64,000 nucleotides of DNA from Mobula hypostoma (lineage: Eukaryota), in the NCBI RefSeq assembly GCF_963921235.1, contig NC_086097.1, positions 206,524,001-206,588,000 of the forward strand. Direction: 5' to 3'. Position 1 is the stretch's first letter, and each line of letters opens with the position of its first letter. This document shows, piece by piece, positions 1 through 11,892 of the stretch. The position numbers were made by a program, and so were the translations under genes. The notes under the pieces are model-generated. The model was not told where the DNA came from and made no database searches. It saw only the letters and a list, made by a program, of their open reading frames with translations.

Positions 1-82
1 AAGTTACTGCTTGACTGCTGAGTTCCTCCAACATATTGTGAGCATTATTTTGAATTTCCAGCATTTGCAGATTTTCTCATGC
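1..82 (+). mobile_element. Penelope-like element 3' terminal fragment
   Basis: CTGCTGAGTTCCTCCAACA...TTGAATTTCCAGCATTTGCAGATTTTCTC matches the terminus of the PLE copy at 11800-11879. Confidence 0.75.
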
Positions 83-196
83 TTATCATTTCATCTATAT
101 TTTTTCTGTTTATATAGCAGCAGCCAGCATCATCACTGTGGTCTACCGACATACAGATGCTTCAAGTCATCGTTCATGCTCTAAGTGTGCTACACC

Positions 197-480
197 ATAG
201 AAACAGATCCATCAGCCTATTGAATCCACACTGGCATTCAAGCACCAACCCACACTAATCTGATATTTATCCCATTTTCATTTTTCCCATGTTCTCATCG
301 ACCACTTACTCATTCTGCCAATCACCTACACAACAGGGACAATTTGATGTTACTATCTGGGAGGAAATCCACACAGTCAGGGAAAACATGCAAACAACAC
401 ACAGATGGTATCAGAGATCAGAATTGAACTCAGGTGACTGGGCTGTGTTGAATCAGCTCTAATTAAATGTGCTACTGTAT
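197..480 (-). mobile_element. Decayed tRNA-derived V-SINE (HE1-like)
   Basis: GGGAGGAAATCCACACAGTCAGGGAAAACATGCAAAC..CACACAGA V-domain-like core shared with copies at 16655, 26545 and 50900; B-box-like motif (AGAATTGAACTC on +). Confidence 0.65.
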
Positions 481-2455
481 AGTAAAAATTCTTTGAGCAT
501 GTCTTCCTTTTTGGAAGTTTTGGAACTGATAGATTTCCCTTTCTACATTACAAGAGCTAAGGTTTTGAATTGGCTGTAAGGTCCTTTGGAATATTCTAAG
601 GCAATGAAATGGGCTATATGAGAGTGTCACTGTTGACAAGCTCCCTACAGTACATTTCTTGGCTATGTAAGAAGGCTATAACGCTCTGGAGGAATTAGTT
701 AATTTATTTCTCCCTGTTGATGAGATCAATACCTGAAACCATCATCTTCTAATATTTGTAATCTTCTATGTTTTTATTAGTTCCTTCCATTAACTATATT
801 CATCATTCACCTTTAAGACTGCTAGAAACTCATATTACAATAATGATTTTTACACTTGTAAAGAGAATGACCTGTTATGAGCCTGTTTTTCAGGTATATA
901 CTAAAGTCCATACCTCAGGAGATCAGAGAATTCAGAAGTAAAAAAAAGGCAAAAATGCTTTTGTAATTTCTGACAATATAAATAGTTAAAAAAATTAACC
1001 AATTGAAGTAAGTTGGACATATGCACTACTGTATTCCCTCGAGAAGCAGGCTATTATGTGCAGTGATAGTTGTGGCAGCTGTTCCAACTGAACAAAATTC
1101 AGAATTAAGTTTGGTGCCTCCTTAATAACTATGTATATCCTCTTATCTGTGGCAGACTGCCAAATAAATTGTGCCGAGACAAACTACCAGTAAGACCATT
1201 TGCACTGTAAGGTATACATATGGGAAGGGATTATTACACAGTTTTTACACGAATAGCCCATGGCAAACAATCTTTTAAGACTGGCACTGATCTTCAAAAT
1301 ACATATCTGTTTCCCTATGTCCTGATATAAAATACATGTACGTTCTGTGCAAATGTCTCAAGTACATACAATACTTATAAAAAGTATTCAACCCTCTTGG
1401 AAGTTTTCAGGTTTTATTGTTTTACAATATTGAATCACAGTTGAATTAATTTGGCTTTTTTGACACTAATCAACAGATAAAGACACTTTCCTGTCAGTGA
1501 AAATAGGTCTGTACAAAGTGATCTAAATTAATTACAAATATAAAACGCAAAATAATTGACTGCTTAAGTATTCACCCCCCTTTGATATGTCACACCAAAT
1601 CATTGGGGTGCAGCCAATTGGTTTTAGAAGTCACTTAATTTTTTCAATGGAGATCACCTGTGTGTATTCAAGGTGTTTCAGCCGATGGTAGCAATAACAC
1701 ACTTCTATCTAGAAGGTCTAACTGCAGGTGAGTCAATGTCCTGGCAAAAATTACACCATGAAGACAAAAGGACACTCTAAGGAACTTTGTGAAAAGGTTA
1801 TTGAAAAAGACAAGTCGGGAGATGGATAAAAGAAAATTTCCAAATCACTGAATATTCCTTGGAGTACAGTTAAGTCAATCATCAAGAAATGGGAAGAATA
1901 TGGCACAGCTGTAAATCTGCCTAGAGCAGGCCATCCTTAAAAACTGAGTGAGTGTGTAAGAAGGGGACTAGTGAGGAAGGCCACCAAGAGACCTATGGCA
2001 ACTCTAGAAGAGTTGCAAGCTTCAGTGGCTGAAATGTGCACAGTGTTGCCTGGGAGCATCACCAGTCACTGCTTTATGGGAGAATGGCAAAAAGAAAGCC
2101 ACTGTTGAAAAAAGCTCACATGAAATCTCAGCTAGAGTTTACCGGATGCATGTGGGAGACTCTTAAGTCAGCTGAAAGAAAGTTCTGTGGTCTGATGAAA
2201 CTAAAATTGTGCTTTTTGGCTATCAGATTAAATTCTATGTTTGGCATAAGCCAAACACTGCACATCATCAAAAACACACCATCCCTACCATGAAGTATGG
2301 TGGTGGCTGTATTATGCTGTGGGGATGCTTCACTGCAGCAGGCCCTAGAAGGCTTGTGAAGGTAGAAGGTAAAATGAATGCAGCAAGATACAGGGGGATC
2401 CTAGAGGAAAACGTGATGCAGTCTGCAGGAGAACTGTGACTTGGGTGAAGATTTG

Positions 2456-3200
2456 GGTGAAAATGACTAAGGAGCTGGTGGTAGACCTGAGGAGAGCTAA
2501 GGTACCGGTGACCCCTGTTTCCATCCAGGGGGTCAGTGTGGACATGGTGGAGGATTACAAATACCTGGGGATACGAATTGACAATAAACTGGACTGGTCA
2601 AAGAACACTGAGGCTGTCTACAAGAAGGGTCAGAGCTGTCTCTGTTTCCTGAGGAGACTGAGGTCCTTTAACATCTGCCGGACGATGCCGAGGACGGTCT
2701 ACGAGTCTGTGGTGGCCAGTGCTATCATGTTTGCTGTTGTGTGCTGGGGCAGCAGGCTGAGGGTGGCAGACACCAAAAGAATCAACGAACTCATTCGTAA
2801 GGCCAGTGATGTTGTGGGGATGGAACTGGACTCTCTGACGGTGGTGTCTGAAAAGAGGATGCTGTCTAAGTTGCATGCCATCTTGGTTAATGTCTCCCAT
2901 CCACTACATAATGTACTGGGTGGGACAGGAGTACATTCAGCCAGAGACTGATTCCACCGAGGTGCAGCACTGAGTGTCATAGGAAGTCATTCCTGCCTGT
3001 GGCCATCAAACCTTACAACTCCTCCCTTGGAGGGTCAGACATCCTGAGCCAATAGGCTGGTCCTGGACTTATTTCATAATTTACTGGCATAATTTACATA
3101 TGACTATTTAACTATTTATGGTTCTATTATTATTTATTATTTATGGAGCAGCTGTAACGAAAACCAATTTCCCCGGGATTAATAAAGTATGACTATGACT
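2456..3200 (+). mobile_element. Rex1/Babar-type LINE, 5'-truncated
   Basis: ORF 2436-2951 (TKELVVDLRR..YKYLG..FLRRLRSF) is an RT C-terminus; AATAAA plus (GACTAT)n tail at 3181-3202; ATTTG duplicated at 2451-2455 and 3201-3205. Confidence 0.88.
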
Positions 3201-3458
3201 ATTTGTTTTCCAGCAAGTCAATGACCACAAGCATAAAGCCAAAGCAACACAGGAATTGCTTAACAACAACAAAGTTAATGTCCTGAGGTGACCAAGTCAG
3301 AGTCCAGACCTCAATCCAATTGAGAATTTGTAGCTGGACTTGAAAAGGGCTGTTCACTCCCGATCCCCATACAATCTGACAGAGCTTGAGCAGTTTTGTA
3401 AAGAAGAATAGGGAAAAATTGTAGTGTTCAATGTGTAAAGCAGATAGAGACCTACCCA

Positions 3459-5177
3459 TTGAACCATAGAGCCATAGAACACTACAGCACAGAAAACAGG
3501 CCATTTGGCCCTTCTAGTCTGTACCAAAACTTTATTCCACTAGTCCATTGACCCACACCCAGTCCATAACCCTCCAGACCTCTCCTATCCGTGTATCTAT
3601 CCAATTTGTTCTTAAAACTTAAGAGTGAGCCCGCATTTACCATGTCAGATGGCAGCTCGTTCCACACTCCCACCACTCTCTGAGTGAAGAAGTTCCCCAT
3701 AATGTTCCCCCTAAATCTTTCCCCTTTCACCCTAAAGCCATGTCCTCTTGTGTTTATCTCTCCTAATCTGTGGAAAGAGCCTACTCTCATTTACTCTGTC
3801 TATACCCTTCATAATTTTGTAAACCTCTATCAAATCTCCTCTCATTCTTCTACGCTCCGAGGAATAAAATCCTAAACTGTTCAATCTTTCCCTGTAACTC
3901 AACTCCTGAAGACCCAGCAATATCCTAGTAAATCTTCTCTGCACACTTTCAATCTTACTGATATCCTTCCTATCGCTGGTGACCAGAACTGCACACAATA
4001 TTCCAAATTTGGCCTCACCAATGTCTTATACAACCTCACCATAACATCCCAACTCTTATACTCAATACTTCGATTTCTGAATGCCAGGATGTCAAAAGTC
4101 TTCTTTACCACCCTGTCCACCTGTGACACCACTTTCAGGGAATTATGTATCTGAACTCCCAGATCCCTTTGTTCCTCCACACTCCTCAGTGCCCTACCAT
4201 TTACTGTGTATGTCCTACCTTGATTTGTCCTTCCAAAATGCAATACCTCACATTTGTCTGCATTAAATTCCATCTGTCATTTTCTGGCCCATTTTTCCAG
4301 TTGGTCCAGATCCCTCTGCAAGCTTTGAAAGCCTTCCATGCCGTCCACAACGCCTTCAATCTTAGTATCATCAGCAAACTTGTTGATCCAATTTTCCACA
4401 TTTTCATCTAGATCATTGATATAGACAACAAACAACAATGGTCCCAGCACAGATCCCTGAGGCACACCACTAGTCACAGGCCTCCAGTCAGAGAAGCAAT
4501 CATCCACTACCACTCTCTGTCTTCTCCCACACAGCCAATTTTGAATCCAGTTTACAACCTCTCCATCGATACCTAGTGTCCAAACCTTGTGAACTAACCT
4601 CCCATGTGGGACTTTGTCAAAGGCCTTACTAAAGTCCATGTAGACAACATCCACAGCCTTTCCCTCATCTACTTTCTTTGTAACCTCCTCAAAAAACTCT
4701 ACAAAATTTATTAAACACAATCTACCACGCACAAAGCCATGCTGACCATCCTTAATTAGCCCTTGGCTGTCCAAATACTTGTATATCTGATCTCTCAGAA
4801 CACCTTACAATAACTTACCTACTACTGATGTGAGGCTCACCAGTCTGTAATTGCCTGGTTTACTTTTAGAGCCTTTCTAAAAAACAGAACAACATGAGCC
4901 ACCCTCCAGTCCTCTGGCACAGCACCGGTGGCTAAGGGCATTTTAAATATTCCTGCCAGGGCCTCTGCAATTTCTACACTAGTCTCTCTCAATGTCCAAG
5001 GAGATATCCTGTCAGGCCCAAGGGATTTATCTACCTTTATTCGCTGTAAGGCAGCAAGCACCTCCTCCTCTTTAATCTCTATATGTTCCATGACACTACT
5101 GCTTGTTTCCCTTCCTTCCATATACACTCTACCAGTTTCCTGTGTAAATACTGATAAAAAATCTGTTTTAAGATATC
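3459..5177 (-). mobile_element. CR1 LINE, 5'-truncated, ORF2 broken
   Basis: RT motifs [51 protein letters not shown]; (TTCTATGG)n-like tail at 3459-3480. Confidence 0.95.
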
Positions 5178-6849
5178 CACACAGACTCAAGTCTGCAATT
5201 GCTGTCAAAGGTGCCTCTATTAAATACTGACATGAATGGGGTGAATACTTATGCAATCAACTATTTTCTGTATAATAATTGTAATAAATTTAGACCAATT
5301 TGTAGAAAAATGTTTTTACTTTAACATGAAAGATTCTTTGCTGCTGATCAGAGTAAAAACAGCTAAATTAAGTGCACTGTGATTGATTGTTGTAAAACAA
5401 TAAAACATGAAAACTTCCAAGAGGATGAATACTTTTTATAGGGACTGTATATATAGCTAGGGTGTGTAAGACTTCTGCACAGTGCTATCGTAATTTTATG
5501 TATTGCACTGTACAGCTGCCCCCAGAAAATACAAAATTCATGAGATATGTGAGTGATGATAAAATTGATACTGATATGGGTCTCTATTGTGGACTGAGAG
5601 TGGGAAGGGAGCAGGGTCAGTGGAATCATGGTTGGGAAAAGGGGAAGGGAGAGGGGAGATATTTAGAATCAAATTATCTTGCCTGGTGCCTCAGGGCAGA
5701 ATGTGTCTGCAACCGCACAAGCACCCCTCCCCCACCCTTGGCACTCCTTCTCTGCCACCTGTCCCACAGCTCTCCACCCTTGCCATTCCCAACGTCCTTT
5801 GCTCCCGCCAGACTTACAAACTTGCTCTCCACTCCACATTGACAAATGCAACACTATGCAAAAGTCTAAGACACCCTAACTTTTGTACAGTACTGTATAT
5901 TGGTCAATATTGATTACTGGATGGGGACAATGAGATGCTAATTGAAAACCACATTACGAATACAGGTAAGTTTTCTTTCAGTACAAAATTGCTCTCTGAA
6001 ATCTGAGGAGATTAATTGGAATCTTATTCATCCTTATGCATAAGTAATTCTGCTAGTCAAAATGTACTTTACACTCTTTACCAGTGAGCTATTTTTTACA
6101 GCTTACATCTATGCAAAGCAAACATTCAATATTACTGTGTTAACAATAACATATGTTGAGTATAAGGAAAATCTTTCTCTTGTAATATGGACAGTCTGTT
6201 TTTATAATAATGGAAAATTGGCTAATTCTTTTAAGAGATAAGAAACTTTAGTGACCATTATTTAATAAAAGATCCTTCCAATTACCTGCTGGATTAAATA
6301 TGTTTTTATCATATTTGTTACCATATTTATCACAGTTGTTTATTTTTTCAGTTTCTTGAGGCATGAGGAAATCTCTCTGGTTGAACTTTCATTGAAATAA
6401 AATCATCTTCCAGTAAATGAAAATTGTTCTTTACGGCTTTTGTGAGATTGAAGTAAATATATCTTTTGTCAGGAAGATAGTTTATGGATCTTTGCATTAT
6501 GTCACTCGGTATACATCTAGCGATAAAGGAGAGAATAGAAATCTACATTTAATCATCACAGCATGTTTTCTGAAATGTACTGTGATTCTCCTTATTACCA
6601 AGGCAATCTAGAGTATCATATGAGATGATGAATTCATAAGGGCAGAAGGCAAGGAATGAGGAGGAGATCATACTATCTCTCAAATATACTCCACCATTTA
6701 TTTAATTTGTGGGTAATCCTTTGTCTTAGGTCTTTGCTGTCCAATTTCCATGCCCATACATTCCCTTAGTTTCCAAAAATCCATTACGCTCATTCATGGA
6801 CATGATCTACAAGATCAACAAATTGTTTTAGCACAGAACATACCTTACA

Positions 6850-7800
6850 ACCATCCAGCTAAATAATTTTTGCTTTGTTTCATTTCTAAATGGGCAATAC
6901 CTTCTCCTGACACCATGAGCCCTAGTTCTAGACCCCCAAGCACAATGAAACAACCTCTGACCTTTTATCCTGTAAATACTTTTCTTGTGTGCCCCAGTGA
7001 CATCACTTGTCATTCTGCTGAATCTCAGTGAATATAAACCAGTTTTACTCAATTTCTGTTCCTCCAGTAATCCTCTCAGTTTAGGAATCCATCCATGCTT
7101 CATTATCCCAAAGCAAATACATCCTCTCTTAGATATGGAGCCAAATACTGCACAGAACTCCACGTTCCATAAGTGGGTAATTGCAGAATTATTTGGCTAA
7201 AGATATTTATAATTTCCTTATTCTTGTTATCTAATTCCATCATAATAAAGGCCAAATACTATTTGCCATTCCAACTGCATGAATTCCCTGAGCACTATCA
7301 TTCCTTAGATGTTACTATTTATGAATATTCTGTTCCTTCTTGTTGGAAAAGTGAATAACCTCATAATTTGCACCTCATTTTCCTTTCCCCTGGTACCTTC
7401 TTGCCCAATTATTTAGCATACATTTGTACATTTGTGAATTCAAAACCTCTTCACTTTTCCAACTAGCTTTGTATCATTAGTAAATTTGATTACTATACAC
7501 AACGCCTTTCAGGTTTGTCATTAAAATTAATTACAAATGGCTGAAGACAGAATGTGAATCCTTTTCCATCCCACCAATAATAGCTTGCCAATCTGGAAAG
7601 GAAGCATTTGATTCTAATTCTAATTTTCCATCCCTTATCAATCCTATCCCCATGCTAACATGTTAACCACAAAAACACAAGCTTTTAATTTATGGACAGC
7701 ATCAATCAAATCCGCTTTGAAAATTGAATTTGTTACATCCACAGGTTTTTTTATTTATCCTCTTGCATCAAACACTAGTTCTCTTTCATAAAACACTAAC
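6850..7800 (-). mobile_element. Highly decayed CR1 LINE
   Basis: Remnant translation SRTRAHG..FRNETKQKLFS resembles the CR1 ORF2 C-terminus (compare 3482-3790). Confidence 0.6.
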
Positions 7801-8269
7801 ATTAATCCCATCATGATTGTGTCCTGTTAACATTTTCTTTTATATAAAACATAGATTAATTGATAACGTAGTAAATCTTAGCAAAGGATGTTTTCTGTCA
7901 AAGCAGCACTAATAACATCAAGATGGAATATAAAACATCTTGACATTAATGCTCTATAGGTTAAACTTGTGGATTTAAGGATTTTCTGAGAAACAATTGC
8001 TCCAAAGCATGTTAGACAAAACAATTGCTGCAGCATAAATAAAAAGTTTTGATCACTACATATATCATTGCAAGAGAACTTTAGAGCGAAATATAACCTG
8101 TTAAAATGGGTGATATATGACAAACTAACAAAATTTTTATTCTTGACATTTCCTTCTTTATCCTGATATTGTGTATTAATATAAATGCTAAAAATAGGAG
8201 TTTGATTATATACTTTGAAAATATTTAGCTGGTCAGTATAAATTTATACTGTAAAGGGTAAATAATATT

Positions 8270-9310
8270 TATTGAACCCAATTGCTTTTTTTCAAATGGT
8301 GTCTAAAATAAGGAACAGAGGAAAGTCTATTGAAGTTATTTATATGGACTCCCAGAAAGCATTTGGTAAACTTCTTCACAACAATCTGTTAACCAAAGCT
8401 GTAGCTCAAGGTACTGAAGACAAATTAATCACAGAATTAAAGAAAATCAGCTCAGCAGCCAATTGGCAAGATGGCAGTGTCCTGGAAGAATTTGTGTTGA
8501 GATTGTGGACAGCATTTCTAATTGGCAGGATACCACTCTTAGTGTCTGACAAGATCTATGCACACCATATGTGTTAATAGGCAGTGCAAATGGAGGCATA
8601 AACTTATACATAATTATTCATAGATTAAGCATAGGTATTCAATTATGGACAATGGACTTCAATGCTGGCTAATGTGAAAACTTTAATTTTTGATCCAGAA
8701 GAGATTGAAAAGGATGCTTTTAAATGGTGAAAAACAGGATTTATTATAGGTTCATAAAAGCTTGAGGGCCCACATGAACTGACCAATAATTGATTGTTAG
8801 CCTTTGTATCTGGAAGTCAGCAGTGTACACCACAATTGTACAGATTCAGAGCTCCAATAATCTGAATTAATTCAAAATCTCTCATGCTACACATTTGGTA
8901 TTTTCATGGGATTACTATAATCAGGTATTTGATAGTCAGTTTGGACTTGATGGGCCTAGTGGTCTGTTTCCATGTTGCCTATGAATTTATGAATGAAGTA
9001 CACAGTGATAGTATTATTCTACAGCTATTCAAAATATGCCTTCATTATCTAAAATATTGTGTTTCATTCTGGGTGCTGCACTTCATGGTAGATATACAGG
9101 CTCTGAAGCAAATGTACATTTATATGGGGAAATATAAATCAATGAGAGATTAGACAAGTAAGAATTGTATTTACTGAAACTTTGAAGGTTTGATGGAAAT
9201 TTTGATGGAAGGTCTCAATAAATTAAGAGAAATTAACAGGGTAAAACAGAAAAACGATTTCTCTTGATGATGGTTTGAGATTAGCATACATAATTTAAAT
9301 AATAATTGAA
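8270..9310 (+). mobile_element. Highly decayed CR1 LINE fragments
   Basis: VIYMDSQKAFGKLLH and LKYCVSFW resemble CR1 RT motifs. Confidence 0.6.
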
Positions 9311-9320
9311 TGTTTCTGGA

Positions 9321-9624
9321 CAAAACAAAAATTGCAGTTGCTGGAAATCTGATATTAAAACAGAAAATTCTGGAGGCACTCAACAGACCAGGCAGCATCT
9401 GTGAAAAGAGAAACACAGTTAACACTTCAGGTCAAAGACCCTTCATCAGAATTGCAAAAGGGAGAAAAAAGCAGTTAAATTTGTAAGGAAACTGGGGAGA
9501 GGGGTAGCTGGGCAAACGGGAAATAATTGCGAAAAATGGGGCCAGGATTACGATGAGATTAAATGGGTAGTCAATGGGCTAAAGTGATAACAAAGATGCT
9601 GAGTATTTCCAGCATTTCTCTTCC
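9321..9624. mobile_element. Old Penelope-like terminal fragments in inverted arrangement
   Basis: PLE terminus on - at 9321-9460 with a degenerate hammerhead; short + arm GCTGAGTATTTCCAGCATTT at ~9598-9620; flanks TGTTTCTGGA / TGCTTCTGGA. Confidence 0.55.
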
Positions 9625-9639
9625 TGCTTCTGGAGCGAT

Positions 9640-10330
9640 GTTGAAGAAATCAGCTATTGCAAATACATGTTAACATTGCTTGAAATATTGGATGTGCTGC
9701 AGTGAACCTAACTATGAAAGAGGGGCCACAGTGATAGCTATACCAGGGAATAAATTAAATAGATTATTATCAGCAGTCTTATCTGAGTGGTATAGAATGG
9801 TCACTTCCTTGGCAACCAGTCTAGTTACCCTTCAAGAGAACTTGAGGGCTGTCAACAAAAGTTGCATTTCTCTCCTTTTCTAGCTCACTTAAATGGAACA
9901 AGGAGGGGAAGAGGACATCCTCCTGACTCCACTTCATTAAAATTAGGGTGCACCTTCGTCTATCTTGCAGTTCTTCCACACTGCATTAACTCAGTGAAAA
10001 ACACCTCTAAGTCTGCCTGCCCGAAATCTGTTGATCTTCCAGTGCAGCGAGACACCTGTAAGGCAATGCTGTAGATTGGCTCAGTACAGACTGCAGGAGT
10101 ATATGCTGAAGAATACACTGAAACTCAGTACAACCAATGCTAAGTCCCTGCAAGGAAGGACAACAGTCGAAAGACCTTCCACTACCTCACAAAGAGGGGC
10201 GGAGTTGGATGTTTAAGCCCCTAAAACAACGAAAGGGTGTATCACCCGGGGGGGGGGGGGCACATAAATGGCATTGTGTGATGTTTGCTTGTGTTTCTTT
10301 TAAAGAAAAGTTTACATCACTGAATAAGTA
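9640..10330 (+). mobile_element. Tx1/L1-clade LINE 3' fragment, decayed
   Basis: INSVKN.. and QCCRLAQYRLQEYMLKNTLKLSTTNAKSLQGRTTV resemble the ORF2 C-terminus of fish Tx1-like elements (recognised from memory). Confidence 0.6.
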
Positions 10331-10430
10331 GTTAATGACACTACACTGAACCACACTAATAAAGCGGGCAGCACACATCAAAGTTGCTGGTGAACGCAGC
10401 AGGCCAGGCAGCATCTCTAGGAAGAGGTAC

Positions 10431-10466
10431 AGTCGACGTTTCAGGCCGAGACCCTTCGTCAGGACT
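10431..10466 (-). ncRNA. Minimal type I hammerhead ribozyme motif (PLE-associated)
   Basis: Minus strand reads AGTC-CTGACGA-AGG-GTCTCGG-CCT-GAAA-CGTC-GACT: stem I, CUGANGA core, stem II, GAAA, GUC cleavage triplet. Confidence 0.85.
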
Positions 10467-11742
10467 AACTGAAGGAAGAGTTAGTAAGAGATTTGAAAGT
10501 GGGAGGGGGAGGGGGAGGGGGAGGGGGAGATCCAAAATGATAAGAGAAGACAGGAGGGGGAGGGATGGAGCCAAGAGTTGGACAGGTGATTGGCACAGGG
10601 GATATGAGAGGATCATGGGACAGGAGGCCCAGGGAGAAAGACGGGGTGGGGGAACCCAGAGGATGGGCAAGGGGTATAGTCAGAGGGACAGAGGGAGAAA
10701 AAGGAGAGTGAGAGAAAGAATGTGTGTATAAAAATAAATAATGGATGGGGTACGAGGGGAAGGTGGGGCATTAGCGGAAGTTAGAGAAGTCAATGTTCAT
10801 GCCATCAGGTTGGAGGCTACCCAGACAGAATATAAGGTGTTGTTCCTCCAACCTGAGTGTGGCTTCATCTTTACAGTAGAGGAGGCCGTGGATAGACATG
10901 TCAGAATGGGAATGGGATGTGGAATTAAAATGTGTGGCCACTGGGAGATCCTGCTTTCTCTGGCGGACAGAGTGTAGGTATTCAGCAAAGCGGTCTCCCA
11001 GTGTGCGTCGGGTCTCGCCAATATATAGAAGGCCACATTGGGAGCACCGGACGCAGTATATCACCCCAGCCGACTCAGAGGTGAAGTGTCGCCTCACCTG
11101 GAAGGACTGTCTGGGGCCCTGAATGGTGGTAAGGGAGGAAGTGTAAGGGCATGCGTAGCACTCGTCAGGTGCTCCCAATGTGGCCTTCTATATATTGGCG
11201 AGACCCGACGCAGACTGGGAGACCACTTTGCTGAACACCTACGCTCTGTCCGCCAGAGAAAGCAGAATCTCCCAGTGGCCACACATTTTAATTCCACGTC
11301 CCATTCCCATTCTGACATGTCTATCCACGGCCTCCTCTCCTGTAGAGATGAAGCCACACTCAGGTTGGAGGAACAACACCTTATATTCCGTCTGGGTAGC
11401 CTCCAACCTGATGGCATGAACATTGACTTCTCTAACTTCCGCTAATGCCCCACCTCCACCTCGTACCCCATCCGTTATTTATTTTTATACACACATTCTT
11501 TCTCTCACTCTCCTTTTTCTCCCTCTGTCCCTCTGACTATACCCCTTGCCCATCCTCTGGGTTCCCCCCCGCCACCCTTGTGTTTCTCCCTGGACTTCCT
11601 GTCCCATGATCCTCTCGTATCCCCTTTGCCAATCACCTGTCCAGCTCTTGATCCATCCCTCCCCCTCCTGTCTTCTCCTATCATTTTGGATCTCCCCCTC
11701 CCCCTCCCACGTTCAAATCTCTTACTAACTCTTCCTTCAGTT

Positions 11743-11778
11743 AGTCCTGACGAAGGGTCTCAGCCTGAAACGTCGACT
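11743..11778 (+). ncRNA. Minimal type I hammerhead ribozyme motif (PLE-associated)
   Basis: AGTC-CTGACGA-AGG-GTCTCAG-CCT-GAAA-CGTC-GACT; predicted cleavage after C11774. Confidence 0.85.
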
Positions 11779-11892
11779 GTACCTCTTCCTAGAGATGCTG
11801 CCTGGCCTGCTGCATTCACCAGCAAGTTTGATGTGTGTTGCTTGAATTTCCAGCATCTGCAGAATTCCTGTTGTTTGCGCTAATAAAGCGGG

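Larger units (their letters stand above)
1758..5230 (+). pseudogene. Tc1 transposase pseudogene in three pieces (1758-2455, 3201-3458, ~5178-5230)
   Basis: MKTKGHSKELCEKVIEK.. HTH start; WSDETK; KYGGGCIMLWGCF; FQQVNDHKH; SPDLNPIENL; YPHRLKSAIAVKGASIKY-stop; in-frame stops and frameshifts. Confidence 0.93.
1369..5447 (+). mobile_element. Tc1/mariner (IR/DR-type) DNA transposon, defective, interrupted by two LINEs
   Basis: ~210-bp TIRs (1369-1580 and 5236-5447) with inner direct-repeat motif AAGTATTCA(C/A)CCC; TA at 1367-1368 and 5448-5449; transposase remnants between the TIRs. Confidence 0.95.
1341..5895. mobile_element. Hairpin-ended MITE-like element, copy 1 (1341-1368 plus 5448-5895), split by the Tc1 insertion
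   Basis: 1341-1368 (CGTTCTGTGCAAATGTCTCAAGTACATA) joined to 5448+ (TATATAGCTAGGGTGTGTAAGACTTCTGCACAGTG) rebuilds the hairpin seen intact at 15544-15610; 5490-5850 is the reverse complement of 15612-15980. Confidence 0.7.
10369..11879. mobile_element. Penelope-like element as a fold-back (inverted pLTR pair) with GIY-YIG endonuclease remnants
   Basis: Arms ~10369-11053 (-) and ~11163-11879 (+); GVIYCVRCSQCGLLYIGETRR..VATHFNSTSH GIY-YIG/CCHH motif; exact 13-bp TSD CTAATAAAGCGGG at 10356-10368 and 11880-11892. Confidence 0.95.

Noticed and set aside
2436..2951. 171-aa ORF apparently fused to the Tc1 transposase
   Set aside because: It is the RT C-terminus of an inserted Rex1 LINE; the upstream transposase has stops, so no chimeric protein.
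10771..11445. Two 135-aa GIY-YIG ORFs on opposite strands, both starting MGAPD
   Set aside because: Artefact of the fold-back: both begin at a TTG in the opposite arm and read across the junction; no RT domain, so not independent genes.
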